Assembly (NCBI GenBank): GCA_010093745.1
Contig: MU005982.1
Coordinates: 62,001-126,000, forward strand
Direction: 5' to 3'
Length of the DNA stretch: 64,000 nt
Source: Piedraia hortae CBS 480.64
Taxonomy: Eukaryota
Below the pieces are notes generated by a model. That model did not search any database and was not told the DNA's origin. It saw only the letters and a program-made list of their open reading frames with translations. Shown in pieces: positions 37,063 through 49,440 of the stretch; position 1 is the first letter of the stretch; each line of letters opens with the position of its first letter. The translations under genes were made by a program, and so were the position numbers.

Positions 37063-37956
37063 ATTACTGATCTTGTAAATCTTCATCCTTTTTGTGATTC
37101 AGTGTAGTTGACTCTGGTGTTAGAATGGTTCTCGCATTGCATTTGATAGAGAGGTTCCACTCAACCTACTGAGTTGTCTCAGACGTTGGGGCGAAAGTGG
37201 TACAGTGTTGTGCAGGTAGCCACGGAGCGATCCGCAGGTGATGACCCACATCCCTGACCAGGGTTCGAGTACTCTGAAATTTTCTTGTGTAGCTCTAGAT
37301 ACGCGTGTACACTAACACACCTGTGAGGTGCCGCTGCTTATTAGAACATACAGCATAATTTCCTTTACTGTTCGCTTGTTGGTCTGTGCGGCCCCACAAT
37401 TTCTGACTAATTCGAGTCATAAACTACAAAAGGTATAGGGTTGTGTCTGTTGGTCGACTCTAGCGATCGCAAGATCGAAAGATGAAGAAGAACAAAAACG
37501 GAAACAGAACAATGCTAAAGTAGCATGAACTATAATTCTTTATTCTCTCCTCAGAGCCTGGGGTAGCGCCGATCTATAAACGTTGGGGTTTCGCCACCGG
37601 AGCTCTGGCAGAGCAAAACCAAGGAAATCTGCAATCTATGACATCATAGTGCAACATAATGAAGTCCAACTCCATTATTCCCACAGTGCCATTCCAAGTG
37701 AGCCTGCCTTCCAGGTGGCAATCACAGCCAGTTTTCGTAAAAGCACCGTTAGCGACTGGAATTATCTTGATCCGCCGTGTATGCTCCGAGGAGCGAAAAG
37801 GACGCTGATCGTCTGTGGCAGTGCACCAATTTCGCAACGTTTTCGTGATTTATCGAAAAGGCGACGACCCTACGCGGGATAGAGACTAAAGATGGTCTAC
37901 ACAGGCGTCACCTGACTATGCTACTGTTCCATGGGGCGACAGGCACTGCTACGCGC

Positions 37957-39141
37957 TTACTCCATCCTCAAATCCGACTTTTCGTTGCTGGTCATGCCAT
38001 GTTCATCACCGGACGTCTCATCTCCATTGGTATGGCTTTTGTGATCGCCGGAAACGCCTCCATCGCTGCTGGTGTTTTCCATAGACTCGATCATGTGTTT
38101 CGTTTCCCCATTGTCGTCGGGCGATTCGACGGCCTCACGACGATTGTCCTCGGCGATGGCCTTATTGCGCCCGGCGGGATCGCCCCGGCTGTCAGGTACA
38201 TTCCACACGAGGCGGACTATCGAGACGCTGTCCCCGTCCTGAGCCTCGTTCTGCTCGAGCCACGATACGAGGTCGGCCACGCTCTGAAAACCTGAGATAT
38301 GGGTCGCCTGGTCGTGCGTGGTCAGCTAAAGCGTTCTCAGGGAGCGGTATGCGTACCGATGAGGCGCCAGGGAGCTTGTGCGACGGAACGGCGATGCAAA
38401 ACTCGATTGACCCGTCCGGACGAACGGTCTTCTCGCCTAACACCTTGCTTTTCTGGATAATTGTCAGTAACGCCATCAACGAAGATATGAGCAACTCACC
38501 ATCTGACGAAGGACGGAGGCTACGTCATCGGTTTCATTGCCCTGATGGTCATTGTTAGCGTGCACTTTGTCCTACAAGGGACGGCCTGCACATACGATAG
38601 CCATCCCGCCCAGGTACCCATTTATCTCCTCGTTCAGATTCCCATACACCGCGAACATCGCCGGTGGGAGGATCTGAACCGAGCCGCACTCTGCAGCAAT
38701 TGATTTCCACTCGGACTCGGCGGCTCTGTTTCGCATTTCCTGGTACCAAGACCCCGGAGCAGATGGGGACCCATCCTCTACGTTCGTCTGGTTTGCAAGC
38801 TGGTGAGCCGCGTCGGCCATCCTGTCAAGGACTCTGATGGCTTCATCGATGTCCTTGCAGATGGCCTTGTAGGCAAGGATGTGGGCGCGCGGGCCCTTGC
38901 GTCCGGTGGGCCATGCTTGGATCTTCTTCTCGAATTGCGTGTAAGACTTGAGGACCTCGGCCGGTAGAGCATGCGGCTCGGTGCCTGCGAAGTGCTCCAG
39001 GCAGAAGACATATGTGTCTTGCAGAAGTCGAACAAGATCTTTGCCCACCATCCCCTTGGGATCCGTCGAAAGCGCCGTTACGAGCTGGCGCTCCTTCTTG
39101 TTCGCGATCAGGCCGGGCATGTGGGCTGCAGGATCATCCAT
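37957..39141 (-). CDS. Orphan protein, 4 exons (39141-38596, 38541-38500, 38452-38357, 38307-37957), 344 aa
   Basis: Three canonical phase-0 introns (54, 47, 49 nt; GTATGT, GTGAGT, GTACGC donors; CTAAC/CTGAC branch sites) join into one open frame. Confidence 0.8.
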
Positions 39142-39481
39142 GACTGCCGCCAGCTGGCAATATCGTATGATTGGGCGTAGGTAGAGATCCGCTGCTCACG
39201 CGTTGGAAGGGGGTGCGTATGGTGCGAGAGTGTGGTAGGAAGTAGGAGTTTGGTCGGAGTTTGGTCGGAGTTTGCGGGCGATTGGATCAGCGCGTAAACG
39301 CGTCCTCGAAGCATGGCCCTGACAACACGGAACGCTAGGATGTCAAGTCCACGACGCGCTAACAGGTCAACCCGGCCGGGACGTCTGCTGCACGCAGGCG
39401 CGCAGCACGCGTCACCTACTCTCGGAAGCTTCTACCCCCCGTCGTTAGTGGTGTAAAATCAACAAGATAGAGTACACAAGG

Positions 39482-40459
39482 ATGGAGTGCCTCGTGTCCT
39501 CCGGTTTACGTCCCCGAAAGAGGCTCTTTCTTAAGATGTCGGAGACGTGGAACGAATATAACCTACATAAACACCGGTCTCGAACTTCTGTGCACTCTAT
39601 CGAACCCTTTGCTCGAGTGTGCTTGGAATGTCCCTGGCAAATATTCCAGGCGAAGTCTCGCACCTCATGGTGCCTTGCGAATGCAAGCCAGACAAACAAA
39701 GCTTCAAGGAATCATCATTTCTGTATCACGAGGGCGGTCAAGCTGGAACGATTCAGGGCTGGCACATGCCCATTGGGTCCGTGTAGATCCCTCCTCGTAC
39801 GTGACTTCTTATACGCCTTTACCTGCATCCAAGCGGGGCCAGCCGTAAGGGTGCATGTCGCTCTGGGGCCCACAAGCAATGTGCAACATGTATACCACCG
39901 AAGCTACGAGGCTCGACAACTCCCGTCATGTGTTCGCACGGATGTTATATATATGTGTCGATGCCTTCCTGTCATAGACGAATTTGGTTGCACGTATGGG
40001 GGTTGCCACGGTCTCACCAGTACTCATCTTGCTCTAGACAGGTTTTCTAGTTTTGCGTACCCCTGGAGTGGAGAGGGACAATGCATGCAGACTTCAGCCA
40101 CTGGTTGCACAAAAAGAAAAAAAAAAGCCCAGGGACCATCACATCGAGGGTATTGTAGAAGCAACGAATCAGCAACACAAGAGAATATAAAAGCTTGTTG
40201 GCCTCCCAAGCATGTCAACCAGTCCTTCCCGTCTAGCTTTTCCACAGCGGTGGCCAGCCATCTGTGTGAGCCCAGCGTGAACGCATTCACCCTGCCCCCA
40301 CTAAGGCGGGCGGATCTGGAAGCAGGGGCTTGGGCATCGGCTGCCCAAGTTAATTGCAGTAGTTTCGAGCCCGGGTTCGAGAGCTTGTTGCAACTAACTC
40401 CACAACCGCAACCCGTTACTACTCCACTTGGATGTCGGGGAGGTAGGGTATCATCTTAA
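39482..40459 (+). other. 325-codon ORF of uncertain coding status
   Basis: ATG-TAA, uninterrupted and not an antisense shadow of a recognisable gene, but with atypical Cys/His/Arg/Ser-rich composition. Confidence 0.3.
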
Positions 40460-40899
40460 CCTACTGCGCGTGGCCGAGGGTTAACCGAAAGTTGCGCCTG
40501 CCAGATTGGGGGTTTAGATGGGTAGATGCGGATGAAGTTGACAATGACCATAACGATTGGAAGGGGCATCACGTTTTTACCAGCGGTTCGGTGGCTAGAT
40601 TAACTACAGTAGCAGTAGCTTGTCCGTAGACCACAATTTGTCTCGCTCTGCTGAAACTTACATCTTCATAGAACGGCATTCTAACTTTTGTACTGTCGGA
40701 GTAGAGTACTACGATGTCGAACCTGGGACCTTGCCATGTGTCCAACCAAAAGTAAATCTAGTGGTATGGCAAACCAGAGAGCTGCTGGCAAAGAACAAAA
40801 AAAGTGATAATGAAAAAAGGTAGCCCCCCCGAAGACGCTGTTTTTCCATATACCCTGGCGCCGTCCTTTTTCCACAGGTAACGTGCCTGTGTGTAGCTC

Positions 40900-41195
40900 T
40901 GTCGGAGGGATGAACCCCCGAGGACTAAAGTGGAGCGGATATCGACGACAAAAGTTTTCACTTAACTTTACCTGAAAAAGTGAAATGTAGATGTCTATAT
41001 ATCCATGAGGTGAGGTTTGAAACCTCCCCCACACGACCTCAGTCTAACCGCATTTGCCAGGACAACGTCAGCGAACCATGCCCCTAAGCATGAACGAGAC
41101 AATGACCCGTCCCAGGGAAAATTTCCTTTATAGATGTAAAACCCTGAGAAGTTTCGACTTCTATCTAAGGTTCTGGTCATGGTGGGGGTACCACA
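40900..41195 (+). mobile_element. LTR, family F
   Basis: TGTCGG...CCACA; matches 13304-13590; no TSD. Confidence 0.88.
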
Positions 41196-42349
41196 TACTT
41201 CTGATATCACCGTTTTCTCCAAATGGCCCATGACTCTGGAGAATCAGTTGTTGTCTGAGCCACTAAGCCCAAAAATGGACTCAGGGGCACCGTGACAGCC
41301 TCTTTCTGCGCAAAAGCAATTTAGGTCCATGCGTATATCATGCGTTGTTCGCACGTGCGCGAACGGGAAACACAGTACAGCCCATGTGGAGCAACTAACA
41401 TGAATGAGACCAGCCTCGCGCTTTACATTTCCTCCTTCTACAAAAACAAATTCGTCTATTTCAGTTTTACGCTGCAGACCGGTTTGTTGACACGAGACTC
41501 GCAAACTACTACACATGCATATGTATTGTTGAGGAGAGCTAAATTTGCGGACAGTGCGCTAGGCTCGCCGCAATATGGCTCGGTACAGCTTGATCTTCTT
41601 TGCATATTCACAATCATGCCTGTAGGAAAATGGGTCGGGGCACCACATTCGCCAACGCCACAAGCGTGACGTTGGATAACCTCCCTCATGAGATGAACAG
41701 CCCTGGTAATCCAATGGAACTCACCTTGGCAAGCCTATTGCCACTTACAGGGGCTATGGCTTCTGACAGATGCACATGAATATCGGGCGTAAGGAATTGC
41801 GAGGCACGACATCGGCATCTTTTGTGTCATGACAGATGGTACAGCGATAAACTGACGCGGTTTTCGGGTTATCGGACGATATCTGAGTTAAGTGAGCAGC
41901 ACCTGGACCACTTTGCGCCTTATATTGTTGCTCGCGAACACGAACGACACAATCGGCCTTCGGTGATATAAGAACTGGATTTCGCTAACTGATTCCTCCA
42001 TGAAGCAACTGCAGAAGCTCGCAGCATAAGTCGGATTCCGCAGAGCACCCCAGGCGATGTGAAGACCAATCTTAACATCGTTGTTTAATGACGTATATTT
42101 GAGTACAGCAACTACTTTGCACAGGTCGCAACGCACCTACTCAGAGCGTTTTTGCGCCAAAGCTTCGTATCCTGCAGGTATAGGCGTTCCTGCCTTCTGG
42201 TGCATCGGCAGGGAAATGGTCCGCAATGATGGGTTGCGCCATGTCGGCCCGATCCTACGTGTCCAGGCATCAACAAAGCTGCTTACGTATGGAACCAGAT
42301 ACTAGCTGGGCTCTCAATCATTGTAGTCTGCAGAGTCAAGAGCATGGAT

Positions 42350-42870
42350 CTCTATGATGCGTTGCTCCTGACTATCAGCGCAGTCCGGGACTCACTCATG
42401 CCAACGGTCCCTCCTGTGCGGGCGAATGCGGCCCGTGAGGTGAAAGATGCCAGCCTCATGACTGCGTTGCTACCAAGGCTCAGCGATGTTCGCGACTCAC
42501 CGGTCTCCACGACTAGTCCTGTGCGGGCTAAATGGTATGTAAGGTGAAAGGCCTCAATCTGATGGCTGCGCTGCTACCAACGCTGAGCGATGTGTGTGCT
42601 TTGTGACGGCGGCTGTGTATGCGCGGGACCACCCGCGCCGCCTAAGCGCAGAGGGAATTTGTTACACCGACGCGCCCTGCTAGTTATTCATAGCTACGCT
42701 CGCTACCACGCACGAATGCACGGCGCCTCTGGATTGGTTTATAGTATCCTAGCTTCCCAGTAGATAGCAGTTTGGATTTTCCTCGTTGTTGGGACTTATT
42801 GAACCTTTCCCTCTGAGCACCGTAACATGCTTCACCAGTCTCAAGACCTCGCCTTGTGCGTGCTAATAGC
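42350..42870 (+). repeat. ~105-bp (35-codon) tandem repeat; third unit interrupted by an LTR
   Basis: Units begin (g/c)(a/t)tgcg(t/c)tgct at ~42356, ~42461 and ~42565; they translate as ..ALLPxLSDV...SPV...VRA. Confidence 0.65.
42602..42827 (+). mobile_element. Solo LTR, family E (short form), TSD TGCTT
   Basis: TGTGACGG...CCGTAACA; TGCTT at 42597-42601 and 42828-42832. Confidence 0.92.
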
Positions 42871-44913
42871 GAATAACAAAGCAGGGGCTCAGCCCACTTT
42901 GACGAAGAAGGAAAATGGACCTCAATGCACCTGGTGAAGCATACTCATAGGCATTTCTGGACCTACCAGAAGACCTGCAGTTTTTCCCACATTCGAGAAC
43001 ACACAAGTACCTCAGAAAAAAGAGCATGGGTGGAGAGGACCAAACTTAAGAGAGCCGAAATGCTATGGCGGCGAAATGACGAATTTCCGCAGCAAGGCCG
43101 AGAAGCATACTCATTATCCACCAATGTATGACAGCTCCGTCAAGAGTGGAAGCGCATCTTTTCACCCGCCAAAGGCGTTGTGCCTACTCCTCGTCAAGAG
43201 CACGGCGGCTCCAAGGCCAAGGCCGCTGATGCTGCGTTCAAACCTGGAACCTTATCTAGGGACCATGCAAGTCTCGCACGAAGTTCCTCTTGCGCAAGCG
43301 ACAGAGTGCATGGGGAAACACTAACTTTTTCAATTTCTTGCTTTCCCCTCGACCGAAGAGAGCATCAGACAGTCTTGGCACACAGGTAGTAACAGTGTCA
43401 TCGTCTTTTGCATCACTTTCTATTTCCTGTTTGCCCTAGGTTGAGCGTGGCTGTGCAATTTTGGGTGCTTGGTGCTGCTCTTGAGGCAGAGCGTGCCATC
43501 GGAATAACACTTTCAAGGCTCGTAGCTTGGGGTCAGGACTTCGCAGAGTTTCAACCCCTGTGAAGGAATATTTTCATCTAAAACCCTCCTCATCCAGCAT
43601 ATTCTGTATCTGCATAATGATCTGCTTCCCGCCTTTCCAACGAGAGAAACGTTACAAAGGCTATTCCAGGAACACAATGAGGCTACTATGCCGTACGTCA
43701 GCATTCGGGTGTGCGTCCGGGCAACGCCATAGCTGGAATATGCTTTTCGGTGAGTTAAAAATCCAAGTCTGGCAACAAACCTCAACCGTATACGATCAAA
43801 GGCTTGTTCCACATCGGCGAGGGGCAGTACGAGCAGTCTTTGAGAGAAGCTTGTACCCGCCTCCAGTGGGTTCTCGGGGCCGAGCAGGGAGAAAACACAT
43901 GCCTGGACGAGAGAGATTCCCAAGAGAAGGCGAAAGTGGAGGTTTAAGAGTGGTACAGGGGAAGGAAATGGGATGTAATGGGAGAATTTTGGCGTGCAAA
44001 GGTTGGAAGGGTTTTGCAGCAAAATAGGGTTAGTAATGAGACCAGTGAAAGTTTCGAGGCTTATCAAAGATTTCAAATCTCGATTTTTTAGATACTCAAC
44101 GCCATGCAAACCCAATATTTCTAGTGAATCGAAAAGGATGTCGGAAACTGCGTGCGATCGATTCTGCCAGATTCAAATTCTATAACCGTACTCAGGGCGT
44201 AGACAGCTAGGAAAGCCACTTTATCCCATTCTTGAACGCAAGATCCTCGGAACATTTTCTGAAATAGAGTGGCAAGAGATGAAAAAATGGAAGAAGCCAT
44301 GAACAGGTACACAAATGGTGAGACAACAAGCAAGAACTTTGACCCAACGCACCCTCATGGTGCCTAACACTCGTATGCATGACTCAAAACCTACATCATT
44401 CATCGCAACCACTCATCGATAGTCGCATAAATACGTATCCCCAGCCTCAAGCTTGCAATGTGCGTCGATGGACCGCATTAATTTCGGCCCTGACACAACT
44501 CCTATGAATATTAAGATGTCTCCTGAAATCCTTTTCGATGACGTCGAAAGGGAGTAGTAGCTTTCCCTCAACGTCCTTGTCCCTGCTCTCAGCGGCCTCG
44601 GGTTTAGCTCTTGACGATCTTGCATACCCGGTCCCTAGAGACGTTAACTAGGCCTCACCAGTTCCGCCGAGGCGTTTCATTCTTGCCGACCGCCTTGGAC
44701 GCAGACACGGGTCCTGTGCTGCACAGTCTGATTTGTCGCCGGGTGGAGCTGCACTGCATACACCATGTGAGTGGTAGGGTGTTCTGGAAATACCTCCACT
44801 AGAGTGTTCAGTTCTCAATCCCTCGCCTGAGCGTACTTATTTCCAGCCGCAGACTTGAAAAGGGATCGCGGGTCTCTTGGAGCATGTGTCGAGGTGTCAA
44901 TATGTCAAAAGGA

Positions 44914-45209
44914 TGTAGCACCCACCATGACCAGAACCTTAGATAGAAGTCGAAACTTCTCAGGGTTTTTACCTCTATAGAGGAAGCTTTCCCTGAAGCG
45001 GGTCATTGTCTCGTTCATGCTTAAGGGCATGGTTCGCTGACGTTGTCCTGGCAAATGCGGTTAGACTGAGGTCGTGTGGGGGAGGTTTCGAACCTCACCT
45101 CATAGAGATAGACAATTACATTTTCACCTTTTTTCAGTAAATTTTGAGTGAAAACTTTCGTCGTTGACATCCACTTCGCTCTAGTCCTCGGAGGTTCACC
45201 CCTCCGACA
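44914..45209 (-). mobile_element. LTR, family F
   Basis: Reverse-complement match to 40900-41195; no TSD. Confidence 0.88.
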
Positions 45210-45857
45210 CAATATGTGGAACATGTGGTCCATGGCTGAGATAGCCACCACAGATAACTGGCTCCCTTGAAAGTATGGAGATGCTTATTTGAACTCTCGA
45301 GGAGATGACCATGAGCCATTACCTTTGGCAGGATGCGCATTCGTCCTGCGAGCACGGAGATCGCCGTAAGCAGACGGCTCTGTTGCGATCGTGGAGGGTG
45401 GTGGAAGCAACAGTCGAGTTTCCTGATCTAGATGGACAACTCAGAATGGACATTGGAAGCATCCCTGTCCGCATTGACCTCTTTTGCCTAGGTCCAGTTG
45501 AAAGGATTGCTGTCCACTTATTGACCTCCATTAAATCAGACGTAGAAGAAAACTGTATCTGCCAGGAGCTTCAGTCATGCTCCCAGGCAATACGCCAAAG
45601 GATTGACCTCAGCACGCGTTTGGACGGCATCGATCTCGTCCGTCGGCGGACATTGGCGAAACAAAAACTCTCCATCCAGAGTGCATCGAGAAAGAATGTA
45701 GGTTCTTGACATGCGCCCGTGAACGCATACAAGCCCGGAAGCTCTGGCCGATAGTGCTGCGATTTTTGCATAATGCATTGTTGAGCAACAGGTGTTGTCG
45801 CAGGCAGACAAGATCGAAACCACACATGCTTGTAGAGTATCTCTATCTGCAGTGTCC

Positions 45858-45913
45858 TAGTGAACATAGGAATGGGAAGTGACATGGAAGACAATGTTGT
45901 TGCTGCTACCTTT
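45858..45913 (-). mobile_element. Fragment of LTR family C, truncated at an LTR-A junction
   Basis: tagtgaacataggaatgggaagtgacatg...tgctgctaccttt matches 56516-56571. Confidence 0.75.
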
Positions 45914-46286
45914 TGAAAAGACAGATAGTATGTACGAGTGAGAACGATGGATGGAAAGTAGAGATGTGTTTATGAGTGAATACAATTATATCTTCGAGGG
46001 AACATCAGAGAATATATTCTGGGCTGGAAGGCCCGTGCGTAGCCTTGTATGAAGAGTCGTCAATTGTATAACCGTAAGCAAGTGGTTATACATGCAGTAA
46101 GACTGTCAGCATGCGGTCTTACTCCATGACTCACCTCAAACAGTAGCAGGACACATTCACCATGTCGTATGAGACATGGTCCTGAGGGAAACCTCTGTGA
46201 GGACATAACATAGGGTGCAGCTGCTGGTGTAAGAGGTGTCGCGCAGTGGCATCGTACACTGATAGCAACGAGACTTCATGCCAACA
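45914..46286 (-). mobile_element. LTR, family A (no TSD)
   Basis: Reverse-complement match to 12890-13265. Confidence 0.9.
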
Positions 46287-46895
46287 AATATCTCTTCCAC
46301 CAGCGCGCCATTAGATATTCGGGACACTATATCTCCCACAACCGCATTGCCCCCGACACTGCGCAGTTCGCAATTTCTTCTTGGCCCAACCAACTAACAA
46401 ACTACAGCTCCAGCAGTTCTTGGGCACCATTAATTGGTTCCGCCCGTTCTTACCTCGTTTTGCCACTACCGCAGCACGTTTGTACGCTCTTACGGGACAC
46501 AGTAACTTGAGCTGGACCAATGAACACCAAGCGGCCTTCAACGAGCTCCGCCAAAGCAGTCGCCGCTGTCAGCCCCTCCAGCTTATCCAAGAAGCTGCCC
46601 CCCTTGATATTTATACTGATGCCTCCCTTTTTGGCACGGGTGCTGTTGCCCTGCAAAACAACTCCGCAATCGCCATCATTAGCCAGGGCCTCTCACCAGC
46701 AGAACAAAACTACAGCACCACCGAGTGCGAACTCCTCGCTATCGTCCGAGCAATTAAACGCCTCCCATACCCCATTTTCAATTGCGTCGCCCCCGTTACC
46801 ATATTTACAGACCATCGCGCACTCGTCCAGCACTGGAACGCGGATCATGCGAACCGCCGGATGAACCGGTGGCCTGAAACAATTTTATCCGCCCT
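46287..46895 (+). mobile_element. Ty3/Gypsy pol fragment (RT thumb, connection, RNase H)
   Basis: LQQFLGTINWFR, YTDAS, NYSTTECELLAI, IFTDH. Confidence 0.9.
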
Positions 46896-46936
46896 GGTTA
46901 CCACCCAGAAGCAAATGCTGACCCTTGATATAACAG

Positions 46937-48259
46937 TTCGGCGGGCAGATGCGTGACATGGAGCGGGAAACCGGGCTGGCACCCGGAGCCCTTACTGTCT
47001 CAATGATGATTACACACATTTTTCCGCTGTTGCCAATACCAATGTTAGGCTGATGTCATACGAATTGGGCGCTGAGGACTTGGCCCAGCTACACGACGAG
47101 GTCCTGGAGAGTTGGGGCTTCTTTCAAGCCATCGCTGAAGTCGTCGCCTTGGCATCCCTTCGAAACCCCCGCTCCCGCGAGTCCACGCCTGTCCAGGGAA
47201 CCGGCCCCAGCACTGTACGCTCAAAGGAATGGCGTGGAATCGCCCAGCGTTCAAACGTGCAGATCGGATTGCACTATGCCGAGCAAACGACCGAATATGG
47301 CTCTGTCTGGCTTTGCAACACCCTGATGGGTGAGGATAAGCACCGGTTGGCTCCCCTTTTTTCCATCGCAAAAGGCTTCTTGACTAATGGTTCTAGGGAG
47401 TTTAAAGACCTCGTCCAGGCCACCAACTTTCTGCGTCCTGAGAGGGGCTTGCTCGTGCGAATGCAAGTTAGGATGACGATGCGGCACGTTTTGGGTGGAT
47501 CCTCCGCGAGCGAGCGCCCCGAGCTCACCGCCATGGCTCGCCAGCTGCACCAAGACGTGCCAGGTCTGTTCCGGAAGATTCTGCCTAGATCGGAGCAGCT
47601 ACTGACGTACAATCTGGAGCAGACGGTGTATAGTAGGGAGGTGGCTACCCATTTGCGGCCCGCGGTCTCCGACCTCCTCCAGCAAAAATTCTGCGCGAGC
47701 ATCAAACTGCCGGTCAGGGAGTCCAAGATGTCTGCCGACTTCAAGCTCCAACTTGCAAAAGCCTACCGAGAGGATAACGGCATCAACATTGGAATTGGCA
47801 CAATGACGACTGGCCGCATTATAAAGTGGTACAAGCAGACATACTTTACCCTTCTGTAAGTGTATGCCGTTGGGAGATGTCTATCTGGAGTACTGACAAC
47901 TCTCTAGGGTGTCCGAGCAACGTGTAACGCTGGACCGGGGTAATTTTGCTCGCTTCCACCACGATCAGATCGGCAAGGTGGAGAGGATCTTCACCCACCG
48001 AGATTCCGGCGGAGACGCTAGAATTTTCCTCCGCGTCATCGAAACGGTGTCCCATCCCTGCGGCCAATTGGAACCGATTACTGGCCGCCCACTACGTCAA
48101 CTCGTGACTATGGAGGCTCGGATCATTGGTTTGCCGGCAGCCCACAGCAAGCGGCTTTACATCATACCCATCGCAATGGATGATGCAAGTGGAGCGATGA
48201 AGGAACAGGCAGACTCGTCGGATTTATTGCATGTAGATTGGAACAACAAGTTTATATAA
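46937..48259 (+). pseudogene. 5'-truncated, intron-containing CACTA/Plavaka(CMC)-like transposase C-terminal half
   Basis: RSNVQIGLHY...EYG...NTLMGEDKHR|EFK motif; introns 47346-47396 and 47856-47907 splice in frame; upstream acceptor at 46936 and a frameshift near 47020. Confidence 0.5.
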
Positions 48260-48603
48260 GGATAAAATAGCGGATTAAAAATATTGAGCCGTATTCGAGG
48301 GTCGTCATTGAATCTGCATGCTGGAGCTCTGGGCTTGGATGCTTCTGTTGCTACTCGTTGCACCCATTGATGAAGTGTGGTCGGCTTACTAGGGGAGACG
48401 ATATGCACCGCCGAACCGGGATCCTCTTGGGCGGAATCAGTTTCGTCAAGGTCCAAAATAAATTCTCCGCTGGCGCACACACTGATTCCTTTTTCAAACA
48501 CTTCTCATGGAAAACTTCGCAAAGACATGGTTCTCGATCTCTGACACAGATAGTGTCCAGTGAAGAGTATGCCAGCTTGTATCTTTGGCGGTATCATTCT
48601 AAC

Positions 48604-48957
48604 GTATACGCAGATGTATCCAATCGGCCGCTGCGTTGCTCTGCGCGCATGTTGACATCTCAGCCATTGGTTTGTGCTTACCCTCCTCTGTTTGTTCTTT
48701 TTGCTGAGTACGACACACTGGGTTTCAATTGACATCTTCGCAAACAGATAGCTCTCAGCCTCAGGGTCGAAGAGTGTACGGTAAAAGGTATGTTAGACTG
48801 TATTCGAGGTAGAATCAACCTAACTTGTACGCAGATATATCATACAGCCACCCCGTCACTCTGTGAGCATGCTGACATCTCAGCCATTCGTTGGTGCTTG
48901 CCCTGCTCGTCATGTTCTCAAATTCGAGGTATGATACCCTGAATTCTAATTGACATT
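48604..48957. repeat. ~130-bp imperfect direct repeat, period ~222 bp
   Basis: tacgcagat...gcatg(t/c)tgacatctcagccatt...gtgctt...aattgacat occurs twice. Confidence 0.75.
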
Positions 48958-49096
48958 AGCTTACATCCACTAGCTATTGCTCTACCTTGTCTCTAAAAGC
49001 TGCAGGTCTCGCAGCCTGAGTGTATAGAGCTTTGGAGTTTCACTTTATCTGACTTGGTGCTGTTCAAGGAATTACTTTTTCCCCGACGAAGTTGTA

Positions 49097-49440
49097 CTTA
49101 GCCGCTATCCTGACTAGCTGCAAATTTGACACTATCTCGAAAAGCCACTACTTGAGATTAGCCATTACCTGCTCATTTAGTCGCTATCTCTTCTAAAATA
49201 GCCACTGCACGGGATCAGCTACCGATTCGTGGCTAAAGAAAACAGGGTCTACATTGTTCTAGTCAACCTACATCCTATAAATCAACCCTTAGCAAATATA
49301 ATCTTTATCGAACGCTAATGACCTTAGGTGTTATCCCCTTTATCTACTAAATTTACTAGTGACTGCTATCGCTTAGGGGTAATATTTCCTACTTGACATT
49401 TTACGTGGCTAATTTATTTAGTAACCTATAAGCGGCTTCT
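49097..49440. repeat. Cluster of short (T/A)AGCC(A/G)CTA-like motifs in both orientations
   Basis: tagccgcta, aagccacta, tagccatta, tagtcgcta, tagccactg; inverted gtggctaa (twice) and agcggctt. Confidence 0.55.

Noticed and set aside
37185..37285. A-box/B-box-like (GGTTCGAGT) and GTGATGA...CTGA motifs suggesting a tRNA, SINE or snoRNA
   Set aside because: No cloverleaf or terminal stem could be built by eye; needs tRNAscan-SE or snoscan.
43500..45900. Overlapping 100-200 aa ORFs on both strands
   Set aside because: No recognisable motifs; multiple stops in all frames.
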